The translations under genes and the position numbers were made by a program. Positions 55,528-64,000 of a stretch of 64,000 nt of DNA are shown piece after piece. A model generated the notes under the pieces. It did not search any database. It was not told the origin of the DNA and was given only the letters and a program-made list of their open reading frames with translations. Numbering within the stretch: position 1 is the stretch's first letter; each line of letters opens with the position of its first letter. Source of the stretch: Eubacteriales bacterium (GTDB taxonomy: Bacteria > Bacillota > Clostridia > Oscillospirales > CAG-272); contig JAZOTE010000063.1 in assembly GCA_045657485.1 (NCBI GenBank), positions 34,006 to 98,005 on the forward strand. The letters are read 5' to 3'.

Positions 55528-56259
55528 ATGGAAACATTCAAAATGACCGCAGATGAAATTTGCGCGTTAGATCCGGAGCTTGCTATAATACCTGTTGGTT
55601 CATTAGAGCAGCACGGCCCGCATCTCCCTATAATGACGGATTGGGCAATCGCGACCGAGCTCGGTAGACGCGTTGCTGAGAAAATGAACGCTTTCCTTCT
55701 TCCCGCGTTTCCGGTTTCAACCTGCCGGGAGCATATGGGCAAAAAGGGATCTGTATGGATGGAATCGACGACCTTCTATCAAATGATGTACGACGTTATT
55801 ATGTCATTGAAGGAGCAGGGCTTTAAGAGAGTAGGTATAATAATCACTCACGGTGGAGTATTCATAGCCAATCCGCTCGTACGTGATCTTAACGCAAGGT
55901 TTAACCCGGAATTACAGGTTGCCTTCGTAACTCCCGATAGCATAAACGTCGAGAGCATTACCGAAACGAAGGGGTTGCACGCAGATGAAAACGAAACCTC
56001 GCAGATCCTTGCTATTGCGCCCGAAACAGTACATATGGACAGAGCGGTTGACTACGTACCGGAGGTTCCCAGACCTTATTTGAATTACGGCAGTATTTTC
56101 CGCGCTTCTCCTTACGGCGTGTGGGGATGTCCCACTAAGGCTACTGCGGAAAAGGGTGAGAAAATTCTTGAGCTTGCTACCGAAACGGTGGTAAACGAGC
56201 TTAACAAGGCGTTTGACTATATGGCAAAGAAGGAAAAAGTAGGTTATAGCGAGTTTTGA
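55528..56259 (+). CDS. creatininase-family metal-dependent amidohydrolase
   Basis: 243 aa with IIPVGSLEQHGPHLPIMTD, ITHGG and HADENETS. Confidence 0.8.
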   Translation: METFKMTADEICALDPELAIIPVGSLEQHGPHLPIMTDWAIATELGRRVAEKMNAFLLPAFPVSTCREHMGKKGSVWMESTTFYQMMYDVIMSLKEQGFKRVGIIITHGGVFIANPLVRDLNARFNPELQVAFVTPDSINVESITETKGLHADENETSQILAIAPETVHMDRAVDYVPEVPRPYLNYGSIFRASPYGVWGCPTKATAEKGEKILELATETVVNELNKAFDYMAKKEKVGYSEF

Positions 56260-56341
56260 CTCTGTCAACGGTATAGCTTGAAAAAATATTTTACCGTGAG
56301 ATAGACGTTTGTTTCGCGGTGATAACGATATTGGAGGAAAA

Positions 56342-57412
56342 ATGAGAAAATTAAAGGTATTGATCGTGGGTGCAGCTTTTTCAGCTGATCTCCATTCTGA
56401 CGGTTACAGCAGAATAATGGACAAGGTTGACATAGTTGGTATTTGCGATAAGAACGTTGCGGCGATAAAGACACTCGCTGACCGTTACGGCTTCACGGGT
56501 TACGAGGCGTATGATGATTATAATACCGCTATTGCAAACTGTGACTGCGACTTAGTGGATATTTGTATGCCAAACTTCCTGCATCACGACGTCGCTATCA
56601 AGGCGATGAACCGCGGCAGAGACGTTATTTGCGAGAAGCCTCTCGCGACTACCGTTGAGGATGCGGAGGATATGGTAAAAACAGCGGAGAAACTCGGCAA
56701 GCACATATACTACGCGGAGGATTGGCTGTTTGCTCCCGCTTTCAGAAAGGCGATCTCTCTCATTGAGAGCGGTCAGCTTGGCAAAATGCTGTACGTAAGA
56801 GCGCGCGAGTGTCACAGCGGCTCTCACAGCCCCTTTGCGCAGAGCATTAAGTATTGCGGCGGCGGCTGTATGGTACACCTCGGTGTTCACCCCGTTGCGT
56901 TTATGCTTGCTATGAAGGATAATAAATGGGCGGAGATTTCCGCTATGTCCTCCGGCGGAGCTGAAAATAATATGGTTCACAAGCAGATGGAGGGTGAGGA
57001 TTGGGCAGGAGCGTTTATGCGCTTCCAGGATGGAACCTACGCTACTCTTGAGGCAAACTACATAACCGTAGGCGGTATGGAGGATATTTTAGACGTTTAC
57101 TGTGAGAAGGGAACTATCCACGTTGATCTGTCATTCTCCGGTCCCGTTAAGGTATTCTCAATACCCGGACTCGATTACACCATCGAGAAGGCTGAGGTCA
57201 CGACCGGTTGGTCCAACGTTGCGGTAGATGAGAAGTATTCTCTCGGATACTGCGGAGAGATCAACCACTTCGTTGATTGTGCTCTGTCCGGCAAGGACGC
57301 TCAGGTCGGACTTCGGGGAATTGACGGATATGAAACTCTGAGAGTTATAAATTTGATTTACGAATCTGCTCGCAAGGGCGTGAATATCAAAAACTGCTCT
57401 GAGGAGAAGTAA
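56342..57412 (+). CDS. Gfo/Idh/MocA-family NAD(P)-dependent oxidoreductase
   Basis: 356 aa from ATG 56342 (GGAGGAAAA RBS) with LIVGAAFSA...ICDKN, VDICMPNFLHHD and VICEKPLA. Confidence 0.85.
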   Translation: MRKLKVLIVGAAFSADLHSDGYSRIMDKVDIVGICDKNVAAIKTLADRYGFTGYEAYDDYNTAIANCDCDLVDICMPNFLHHDVAIKAMNRGRDVICEKPLATTVEDAEDMVKTAEKLGKHIYYAEDWLFAPAFRKAISLIESGQLGKMLYVRARECHSGSHSPFAQSIKYCGGGCMVHLGVHPVAFMLAMKDNKWAEISAMSSGGAENNMVHKQMEGEDWAGAFMRFQDGTYATLEANYITVGGMEDILDVYCEKGTIHVDLSFSGPVKVFSIPGLDYTIEKAEVTTGWSNVAVDEKYSLGYCGEINHFVDCALSGKDAQVGLRGIDGYETLRVINLIYESARKGVNIKNCSEEK

Positions 57413-57415
57413 TAT

Positions 57416-59995
57416 ATGAGCAATAAAAAGATACGTGATATAAATATTCCCGTGACGATAGGCGGAGTCACGTTTAAGAACCCCTTTTTCGTTGCGTCGG
57501 GACCTACTACGAAAAGCGTAAAGCAGCTTGTCAGAATTGAAGAAACGGGTTGGGCTGCGGCTTCGATCAAGCTTAGCATTGACCCCGCTCCGTACATAAA
57601 CCGCAAGCCTCGTTACTCGCTCTTCAAGGACAGAGATGCTCTCGCTTTTACAGCTGAGAAAAGGCTCACCTTCGAGGAGGGCTTGAAGCTGATAAGAGAT
57701 GCTAAACCAAAGCTTCACGATCTTAAGCTTATGGCAAATATCACCTACGCAGGTGATTCGGGTGTTGACGGCTGGGTCAATATGGCGAAGAAGTTCGAGG
57801 AGGCAGGCGCAGATATCATTGAGCTTAATATGTGTTGCCCAAATATGAGCTATAACCTTGAGATGACAAGCGGCGGAAGCCAATCTGCGAATAAGCAGAC
57901 GGGCGCAAGTATGGGACAGCAGGCAGAGGTTGCCGCAGAGATTGCCAGAGCGGTTAAGGCGGCTATATCGATACCTCTTTTCGTTAAGCTTACTCCGGAG
58001 GGCGGACAGATTGCGAAGGTTGCGAAGGCTCTCTACGATGCAGGTGCTGATGCTGTCGGCGGAACAGGAAACCGCCTTGGTATGCCACCTATTGATATTG
58101 ACGAGCCGGGCAGGGCATTCTATCATCTTCAAAAAGAGATATCAATGGGCTGTCATTGCGGAAAGTGGCTGAAGCCGCTGGCGCAGCGCGATACCTACGA
58201 AATTCGCAAGGTCTGCGGTATGGACGCTCCCATTATGGCAGCGGGCGGCATAACGAATTGGCGCGACGCTGTAGAAATGATTTTGTGCGGCGGAACACTT
58301 CTCGGAGTTTGCGCAGAAACGCTGATATCCGGATATGACATTTGCAGACCTATGATCGAGGGGCTTGACAAATATATGCAGGAGCACGGATACTCCGATC
58401 TTTCCGAGATGCGCGGATTGGTTGTTCCGGAGGTTAGAACGGCTAACGACGTAACGATTTTTGCGGGCTACGCAAAAATCAAAGAGCCAAATCTTTCCGC
58501 TCCCTGTAAGAGTGCTTGTCCGCACCACGTTCCAACTCAGGCTTATATACAGAAAATCGCTAAAGGTGAATATAAGGAAGCTTTCGACCTTATTACAGCA
58601 AAAAATCCTCTGCAGAACATCTGTTCTTTCGTATGCAACCATCCCTGTGAGGATGCTTGTATCAGAGGTGATTACGATGCTCCTCTCAAGATCCGTAAGC
58701 TCAAGAGATTCGTTCTCGAATACGGCAAGGCGCAGGGCTGGACACCTGCTTTCGCTAAGGCTGATCTGAACGGACATAAGGTTGCCGTTATCGGTGCCGG
58801 TCCCGCGGGACTTTCCTGCGCTTCCGAGCTTCGTAAGGGTGGCTATGAGGTTACTGTTTTTGAAAAAGAAAATACCGCGGGCGGATTGGTTAGATTCGGC
58901 ATACCGGATTACGTGCTGAATAAGAACATAATTGACGACGAGGTCAAATTCCTTTCTGAAAACGGAGTGAAGTTTGAGTTTGGAAAAGAATTTGGTAAGG
59001 ACGTCACGGTGGATACTCTGAAGAACGCCGGCTTTGAGGCTACGTTCGTTGCCATCGGCGCCGGTAAAAAGCAGACGAGCGACATCGTTGGAGCTGAAAA
59101 GACTCAGGATGCAGTAGAATTTTTGAAGGCTCTGTCCCTCGGCAAGACCGTTTTGGTTAAAGACAATGTGGTCGTTATCGGTCGTGGATTTGCTGCTATG
59201 GATGCGGCTCGTAGCGCTTTGAGGGTTGGAGCAAAGCAGGTTACTCTCGTTTATACTTCAAAGTACGGAAAGGGTACCTACGATACCGAAACTCTGGCTC
59301 TTGCGGAGCAAGAGGGCGTAACTCTCCTCGATAACGCAACGGTTAAGGAAATCGGTGACGGTTCCGTCACGCTCGTTCGCGGCGGAGCAACTATGTCATT
59401 ACCTTACGGTGACGTTATTCTTGCGAACGGATACGTTGCGGATATAGAAGCGATAGGCGATGTCGAAGAGAAGAACGGCTTCGTTAAAATAATCAATGCC
59501 CGTACCAATATTCCCGGAGTTTACGCAGGCGGTAACGCAGTTCGCTCCGCCAACGTTATAACCGCTATTTCCGCAGGCAAGAACGCGGCGGCTGTTATTG
59601 ATAACGATATTATGGGAGATAAGGCTACTCTGGACGGCGTTGTGGCTGTTAAGACGGTCAATACCGAAATCGTCAGAGAGCGTACGGGTTATCTGAAAAA
59701 GGATATGAATAACGTTTCCTTGGACAAGGATGCCGACTCACGTAAGGACAGCTTTGACGTTTACGAACGAGTTATGACTGAGGAGGAAGCTATCAAGGAG
59801 GCGTCGCGCTGCTTAAATTGCGGTTGCGGCGAGGGCTGTCAGCTTTGCAAAACGATCTGCACTGATTTTGCTCCGGAAATTTCGGACATAGATACGATGC
59901 ACATCAGAAAAGAAGAGTGTGTTGCTTGCGGTATGTGCTTCAATCGCTGTCCTAACGGCAATATAGAAATGGTAAATCTAAATTACACAGTATAA
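57416..59995 (+). CDS. fusion oxidoreductase: DHOD/dihydropyrimidine-dehydrogenase (PreA-like FMN) domain + GltD/PreT-like FAD-NAD(P)H domain + C-terminal 2x[4Fe-4S]
   Basis: 859 aa. N-terminus FKNPFFVASGP...IELNMCCPNM...AAGGI. Middle CPHHVPTQAYI...NPLQNICSFVCNHPCEDACIRG and KVAVIGAGPAGLSCA...GGLVRFGIPDY. C-terminus CLNCGCGEGCQLCKTIC...CVACGMCFNRCP. Confidence 0.85.
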   Translation: MSNKKIRDINIPVTIGGVTFKNPFFVASGPTTKSVKQLVRIEETGWAAASIKLSIDPAPYINRKPRYSLFKDRDALAFTAEKRLTFEEGLKLIRDAKPKLHDLKLMANITYAGDSGVDGWVNMAKKFEEAGADIIELNMCCPNMSYNLEMTSGGSQSANKQTGASMGQQAEVAAEIARAVKAAISIPLFVKLTPEGGQIAKVAKALYDAGADAVGGTGNRLGMPPIDIDEPGRAFYHLQKEISMGCHCGKWLKPLAQRDTYEIRKVCGMDAPIMAAGGITNWRDAVEMILCGGTLLGVCAETLISGYDICRPMIEGLDKYMQEHGYSDLSEMRGLVVPEVRTANDVTIFAGYAKIKEPNLSAPCKSACPHHVPTQAYIQKIAKGEYKEAFDLITAKNPLQNICSFVCNHPCEDACIRGDYDAPLKIRKLKRFVLEYGKAQGWTPAFAKADLNGHKVAVIGAGPAGLSCASELRKGGYEVTVFEKENTAGGLVRFGIPDYVLNKNIIDDEVKFLSENGVKFEFGKEFGKDVTVDTLKNAGFEATFVAIGAGKKQTSDIVGAEKTQDAVEFLKALSLGKTVLVKDNVVVIGRGFAAMDAARSALRVGAKQVTLVYTSKYGKGTYDTETLALAEQEGVTLLDNATVKEIGDGSVTLVRGGATMSLPYGDVILANGYVADIEAIGDVEEKNGFVKIINARTNIPGVYAGGNAVRSANVITAISAGKNAAAVIDNDIMGDKATLDGVVAVKTVNTEIVRERTGYLKKDMNNVSLDKDADSRKDSFDVYERVMTEEEAIKEASRCLNCGCGEGCQLCKTICTDFAPEISDIDTMHIRKEECVACGMCFNRCPNGNIEMVNLNYTV

Positions 59996-60010
59996 TTTTG
60001 GAGGATTAAA

Positions 60011-60829
60011 ATGTATTCGGTAAATTTTGATATTTCGGGTCAGGTGGCTGCTATCACCGGCGCGGGCGGAGTGATCTGCGGTACTGTAGCAAAGGAAATG
60101 GCAAAAAAAGGAGTAAAGGTCGCTCTTCTCGATCTCTTCCTTGAGAGTGCTCAGAAAATTGCGGACGAAATCGTTGCGGATGGCGGTGACGCTATTGCTA
60201 TCAAGACGGACGTGCTTGACCGTGAGAGCCTTGAGGCTGCTCGTGACAAGGTTGTTGAAAAGTACGGCAAGATCGATATTCTTATCAACGGTGCAGGAGG
60301 CAACAAGCCTCAGGCTACGATTTCTAAGGATATAGATTTCTTCCATCTCGATCTTAATGCGTTCAAGTGGGTATTCGATCTCAACGTTACCGGCGCCGTT
60401 CTTACGACTATGGTATTCGGTGAAATTTTGGCAAAGCAGGGCTACGGCAACGTTATAAACATTGCTTCTATGTCCAGCTACCATCCTCTTACAAATACCG
60501 TAGCATACTGTGGCGCAAAGGCAGCGGTTGCCAACTTCACGGAGTGGATGGCTACTCACTTCAATCAGAACTACAGCAACAGCATAAGAGTAAACGCGAT
60601 AGCTCCCGGTTTCCTTCTTACTAATCAGAATAGATTCCTTTTGACAAAGGAAGACGGATCTGCGACGGATAGAGGACAGCGCGTTCTCGCCAAAACTCCT
60701 ATGGGACGTTACGGCGAACCCGTTGAAATGGTTGGACCAATCATCTTCCTTTGCTCAGAGGCTGCATCGTTCGTAAACGGCGCGGTTCTTCCTGTCGATG
60801 GCGGATTCTCATCATATTGGGGCGTTTAA
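60011..60829 (+). CDS. SDR-family oxidoreductase (UxuB/YjmF-type sugar-acid reductase-like)
   Basis: 272 aa with ITGAGGVICG, INGAGGNKPQA, the catalytic YCGAKAA and PGFLLT. Confidence 0.85.
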   Translation: MYSVNFDISGQVAAITGAGGVICGTVAKEMAKKGVKVALLDLFLESAQKIADEIVADGGDAIAIKTDVLDRESLEAARDKVVEKYGKIDILINGAGGNKPQATISKDIDFFHLDLNAFKWVFDLNVTGAVLTTMVFGEILAKQGYGNVINIASMSSYHPLTNTVAYCGAKAAVANFTEWMATHFNQNYSNSIRVNAIAPGFLLTNQNRFLLTKEDGSATDRGQRVLAKTPMGRYGEPVEMVGPIIFLCSEAASFVNGAVLPVDGGFSSYWGV

Positions 60830-60853
60830 TTATTATTGAAAAGAGGAAAGAAA

Positions 60854-61945
60854 ATGCAGTACCATCATATTGATTATAATAAAATTGAGAAGTTTTGTAT
60901 AGAAGCGTTCAAGGGATACGGATTTAACGAGGAGGAGAGCAAGCAGATCACTGCCGTTCTTCTCGAGGCAGACCTGAGCGGAATCGAATCTCACGGTGTT
61001 CAGCGTATGATCCGCTATCATAAGGAGATCACGGGCGGAATGGTTAAAATCGACGCTAAGCCTGAGATCGTTTTCGAAACACCTCTTTCCGCGGTTATCG
61101 AGGGAAATGACGCGATGGGACAGACACTCGGTGTTAAGGCAATGAAAATCGCCATCGAAAAGGCGAAGAAATCCGGCTTCGGTATGGTAACCGTCCGCAA
61201 TTCCAATCATTACGGAGTTGCAGGCTACTACTCCAGAATGGCAGCGAACGAGGGTCTTATCGGTATGTCAATGACCAATACCGAGGCAATAATGGTTCCC
61301 ACCTTCGGTAAGCAGGCTATGCTCGGTACAAACCCCATCGCCTTTGCGATGCCCGCAGATCCCGTCAACTTCTCCTTCGATGCGGCAACTACGGTTGTTC
61401 CGAGAGGTAAGCTTGAGGTTTACGTTAAGAGAGGAAACGGTCTTCCTCTCGGTTGGGCGCTCGACGAGAACGGACACGACAGCAACGAGCCCGACAGAGT
61501 TCTTTCAAATATTATAAACAAGACAGGCGGAGGAATTTTGCCCCTCGGCGGTTCGGGCGATCTGACCTCAGGATACAAGGGCTATGGCTTTGCTATGCTT
61601 TGCGAGATCGCAACGGCGATTCTCTCCGGCGGTACTACCTCCAACTATATTTATAAAACACCCGGCAGATCCAATATCGCTCAGTGCTTCATAGCTATCG
61701 ATTACGGTATGTTCGGTGACAAAAAGGCTATTGAGGCTTCTCTTTCCAAGTATCTTGACGAGGTACGTAACTCCGCAAAGGCAGACGGACAGGACCGTAT
61801 CTTTATTCACGGTGAGAAGGAAGCAGAGGCGAGAGATCGCGTACTCAAGGAGGGCGTATATCTCAACGATAAGACGTATGATGAAATGAAGATGATCGCT
61901 GAGTATACCGGCTCTAAGGAATATCTCCCTGAGTATCTTGATTGA
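60854..61945 (+). CDS. Ldh_2 (malate/L-lactate dehydrogenase type 2) family oxidoreductase
   Basis: 363 aa from ATG 60854 with GIESHGVQRM, RNSNHYGVAGYY and LGTNPIAFAMP. Confidence 0.85.
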   Translation: MQYHHIDYNKIEKFCIEAFKGYGFNEEESKQITAVLLEADLSGIESHGVQRMIRYHKEITGGMVKIDAKPEIVFETPLSAVIEGNDAMGQTLGVKAMKIAIEKAKKSGFGMVTVRNSNHYGVAGYYSRMAANEGLIGMSMTNTEAIMVPTFGKQAMLGTNPIAFAMPADPVNFSFDAATTVVPRGKLEVYVKRGNGLPLGWALDENGHDSNEPDRVLSNIINKTGGGILPLGGSGDLTSGYKGYGFAMLCEIATAILSGGTTSNYIYKTPGRSNIAQCFIAIDYGMFGDKKAIEASLSKYLDEVRNSAKADGQDRIFIHGEKEAEARDRVLKEGVYLNDKTYDEMKMIAEYTGSKEYLPEYLD

Positions 61946-61972
61946 TTTATTTACTGTCAAAAATTCCTTTTT

Positions 61973-62011
61973 AAAAGTGCTTGTGAATTTCACAAGCACT
62001 TTTGTTTTTTT
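61973..62011. terminator. bidirectional rho-independent terminator between the operon and fbp
   Basis: AAAAGTGCTTGTGA-att-TCACAAGCACTTTT followed by GTTTTTTT. A-run and T-run flank both sides. Confidence 0.85.
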
Positions 62012-63998
62012 ACTTTCTTTTAGCTCTGCTGCGGCCTTCCTTTATTTCGCCGTTTTTGTAGGCCTCCGTCAGTAGCATCAGATCTCCGATTCTGTCGCGT
62101 ATATCAGCGCCCTCGTCTGTATCTCTGATTAGTATTTTATTTTTTCTTTCTTCGAAAACAGCGGTTTGTGATAGAATATCCTCGTTGTTTTTCACAGCAT
62201 TTTCCTTACTTGAAAAGGGTTGATGAGCTGAAATCTTCATTCCGTCAGCATTATATATTAAGGTATAACCGGCTATTCCGGTCTTGTTATGATACGCTCT
62301 GCAAAATCCGCCGTCTATAACGATTAGCTTTCCGTTCGCTTTGATCGGATTTTCACCCTTGTTGACCGGAATATGACCGTTGATTATATGCGCTTTCTCT
62401 CCGTAAATTGAGAATTCGTTCAGTAGCATTGACACTATCCCTTCGTCGTTCCAAGATCGATAATAAGCGTTGGATGGCTCGCTGTGTGCGCATTTATCAT
62501 TGATAAGAAGCCTTTCAAAAGTTGTTATTTTCTTTCTTGAGCAAAGTGGAGAATCTTTTCCGCACCACAGAAACCAGCACAGATCCTTTGCTTTTTCTCT
62601 CGCGGGATCTCCATCCTTTTTTATATATCCGACCCGTATTGCCTGATCAAAATAATCCATCATAGCTTTGCCATGCTTTCCGTCCGCGGCGTCCAGAGCC
62701 ATCATTCCGCCGTTTTCATCTAAGGGGATACATCCGTGAAATAGCAAATTCCCGTTATACACCGTGTACATCTCGCCTTTTTGTAACAGAAATTTTACGT
62801 GCCTTTGCAGTCGTTCCGAACGCATAAATCCGTTTTTCAGATAATTCATCACGTCAAGCTCCGCTTCTGTGAGCTTGTACGGATCTTCGGGGGCTACGGT
62901 AGGGAAGAAGGTGTCACTAAGCTTATAGGTCTTATCATCTATAATAATTTCTCCTCGAACGAGCTCCATTTTGTGTAGTAATAGCCTATCATCCATATGA
63001 AATTCGGGATGCCGCATTATCAGCTGTCCTTCTAATTTGAACTGTATTACGCTTATTGCCTTGCGCATACGCGCGAGAATATCCAAGTTATCTCTCGTCG
63101 GTATATCATCCTGAAAATCGTCGCGAGGCATATATTCGCTAACGTTTGCGCTTTTATAAATCTCTAAGGCGAATAAAGCTAACGGTCTAAGTGATATTCC
63201 GTATCCGATTTCGATAACGTCCGGATTTCTATAGGTTACCGAGTTGTTTACCGCTGTTGCAATACAGGCAAGCGAGCCTGCGGCAGCTCCTATCCATAGC
63301 GCGTCGTGATTTCCCCACTGTATATCAATGTTTTTGACGCTCATAAGCTCGTCCATCACAATATCTGCTCTTGCCCCTCTGTCAAATATATCTCCAACTA
63401 TATGAAGTCTGTCAACGACTAGAGCATTTACCGTATTTGCGAGAGATGTTATCAATCCGTCTATAGCGCCCGTTCTTATCATCGTCTTAATAATACTCTC
63501 GATATAGTCGTTTCGCTTTTCTCTATCCGTATATAGGCTCATTAGCTCAGATATAATTGAGCAGAATGCTGTTCCGTTTAAACAAATCTGTTCATCGACC
63601 TTCTCCAGCGTGTACTTTTCGCTGACAAGCCGACAGATCTTTACGAGTCTTTTTACAGTCACCAAATACCATTCATACGTGATTTTTCCGGACTGTCGTA
63701 TATCGTTTAGCTTTTCTTCCGGATAATATATGAGCGTGGCGAGCTCGCTTCTTTCGAGCTTTGTCATTGAATGCGAGAAGAGCAGATCTACCTTTTTTCT
63801 GATAACTCCCGATGCGCATCGTCTGATGTGTGTAAACGCCTCCTGCTCACCGTGTAGATCGCTCATAAAATGCTCAGTACCCTTGGGCAAATTCAGCTTT
63901 GCGCTGAGAGCGGTTATCTCGCACGCGGTACTACGCATATCGGGGAACTGCTTTGCCAGCTCTAAAAGAAATCGTTTTTCTTCCGTTTTTATTTCCAT
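62010..63998 (-). CDS. fbp: fructose-1,6-bisphosphatase class 3
   Basis: 662 aa with the N-terminus LLELAKQFP....A..EI..L.A.LNLPKGTEHF.SDLHGE and GDIFDRG...QWGNHD typical of Firmicutes Fbp class 3. Confidence 0.93.
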   Translation of the reverse strand: MEIKTEEKRFLLELAKQFPDMRSTACEITALSAKLNLPKGTEHFMSDLHGEQEAFTHIRRCASGVIRKKVDLLFSHSMTKLERSELATLIYYPEEKLNDIRQSGKITYEWYLVTVKRLVKICRLVSEKYTLEKVDEQICLNGTAFCSIISELMSLYTDREKRNDYIESIIKTMIRTGAIDGLITSLANTVNALVVDRLHIVGDIFDRGARADIVMDELMSVKNIDIQWGNHDALWIGAAAGSLACIATAVNNSVTYRNPDVIEIGYGISLRPLALFALEIYKSANVSEYMPRDDFQDDIPTRDNLDILARMRKAISVIQFKLEGQLIMRHPEFHMDDRLLLHKMELVRGEIIIDDKTYKLSDTFFPTVAPEDPYKLTEAELDVMNYLKNGFMRSERLQRHVKFLLQKGEMYTVYNGNLLFHGCIPLDENGGMMALDAADGKHGKAMMDYFDQAIRVGYIKKDGDPAREKAKDLCWFLWCGKDSPLCSRKKITTFERLLINDKCAHSEPSNAYYRSWNDEGIVSMLLNEFSIYGEKAHIINGHIPVNKGENPIKANGKLIVIDGGFCRAYHNKTGIAGYTLIYNADGMKISAHQPFSSKENAVKNNEDILSQTAVFEERKNKILIRDTDEGADIRDRIGDLMLLTEAYKNGEIKEGRSRAKRK

Positions 63999-64000
63999 TT

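Noticed and set aside
1-64000. A search by eye across the whole window for CRISPR arrays, tRNA/rRNA genes, transposases, integrases, phage structural genes, toxin-antitoxin pairs and reverse transcriptases.
   Set aside because: I found none of these: no regularly spaced direct repeats, no cloverleaf-like segments in the intergenic regions, and no ORF with DDE, tyrosine- or serine-recombinase, or RT motifs. The only repeats are the ones listed as features. By-eye detection of tRNAs and small RNAs is imperfect.

Overview
This window looks like a chromosomal, mostly housekeeping segment of a Firmicutes/Clostridia-type genome. By eye it resembles a sporulating Oscillospiraceae/Ruminococcaceae-like anaerobe with moderate GC. 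Supporting signs are the conserved gene strings lepB-ylqF-rnhB-yraN, holB-yaaT...yabB-rsmI, metG-tatD and plsY...tsaE-tsaB-rpiB, the GGAGG-type ribosome-binding sites (RBS), and many near-consensus sigmaA promoters (TTGACA-17-TATAAT). I can support about 55 protein-coding genes, one decayed GH35 pseudogene, a set of rho-independent terminators and promoters, and a candidate preQ1-type leader in front of queT. I saw no rRNA, tRNA, CRISPR array, transposase, integrase or prophage. Plant-polysaccharide genes are scattered through the first third: a GH78-like fragment, the GH35 remnant, GH28 and an unassigned 740-aa protein. The most unusual items are: (1) a 1,687-aa cell-surface repeat protein whose cytoplasmic C-terminus looks like the C-terminal domain of ribosomal protein uL15; (2) a monocistronic 1,269-aa DUF4011-like / Upf1-type SF1 helicase fused to a Vsr/DUF559-like nuclease, a possible single-gene immunity or nucleic-acid surveillance factor; (3) a tightly packed six-gene operon with no obvious known pathway, made of a NagB-like gene, a creatininase-family gene, a Gfo/Idh/MocA gene, a domain-permuted dihydropyrimidine-dehydrogenase-like fusion, an SDR and an Ldh_2 gene; (4) a signal peptidase I carrying a roughly 465-aa hyper-acidic N-terminal extension with a 60-bp tandem repeat; (5) a tatD / PhnP-like MBL / small radical-SAM module. 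All family assignments come from reading motifs in the supplied translations and from memory of those families. No database search was run.
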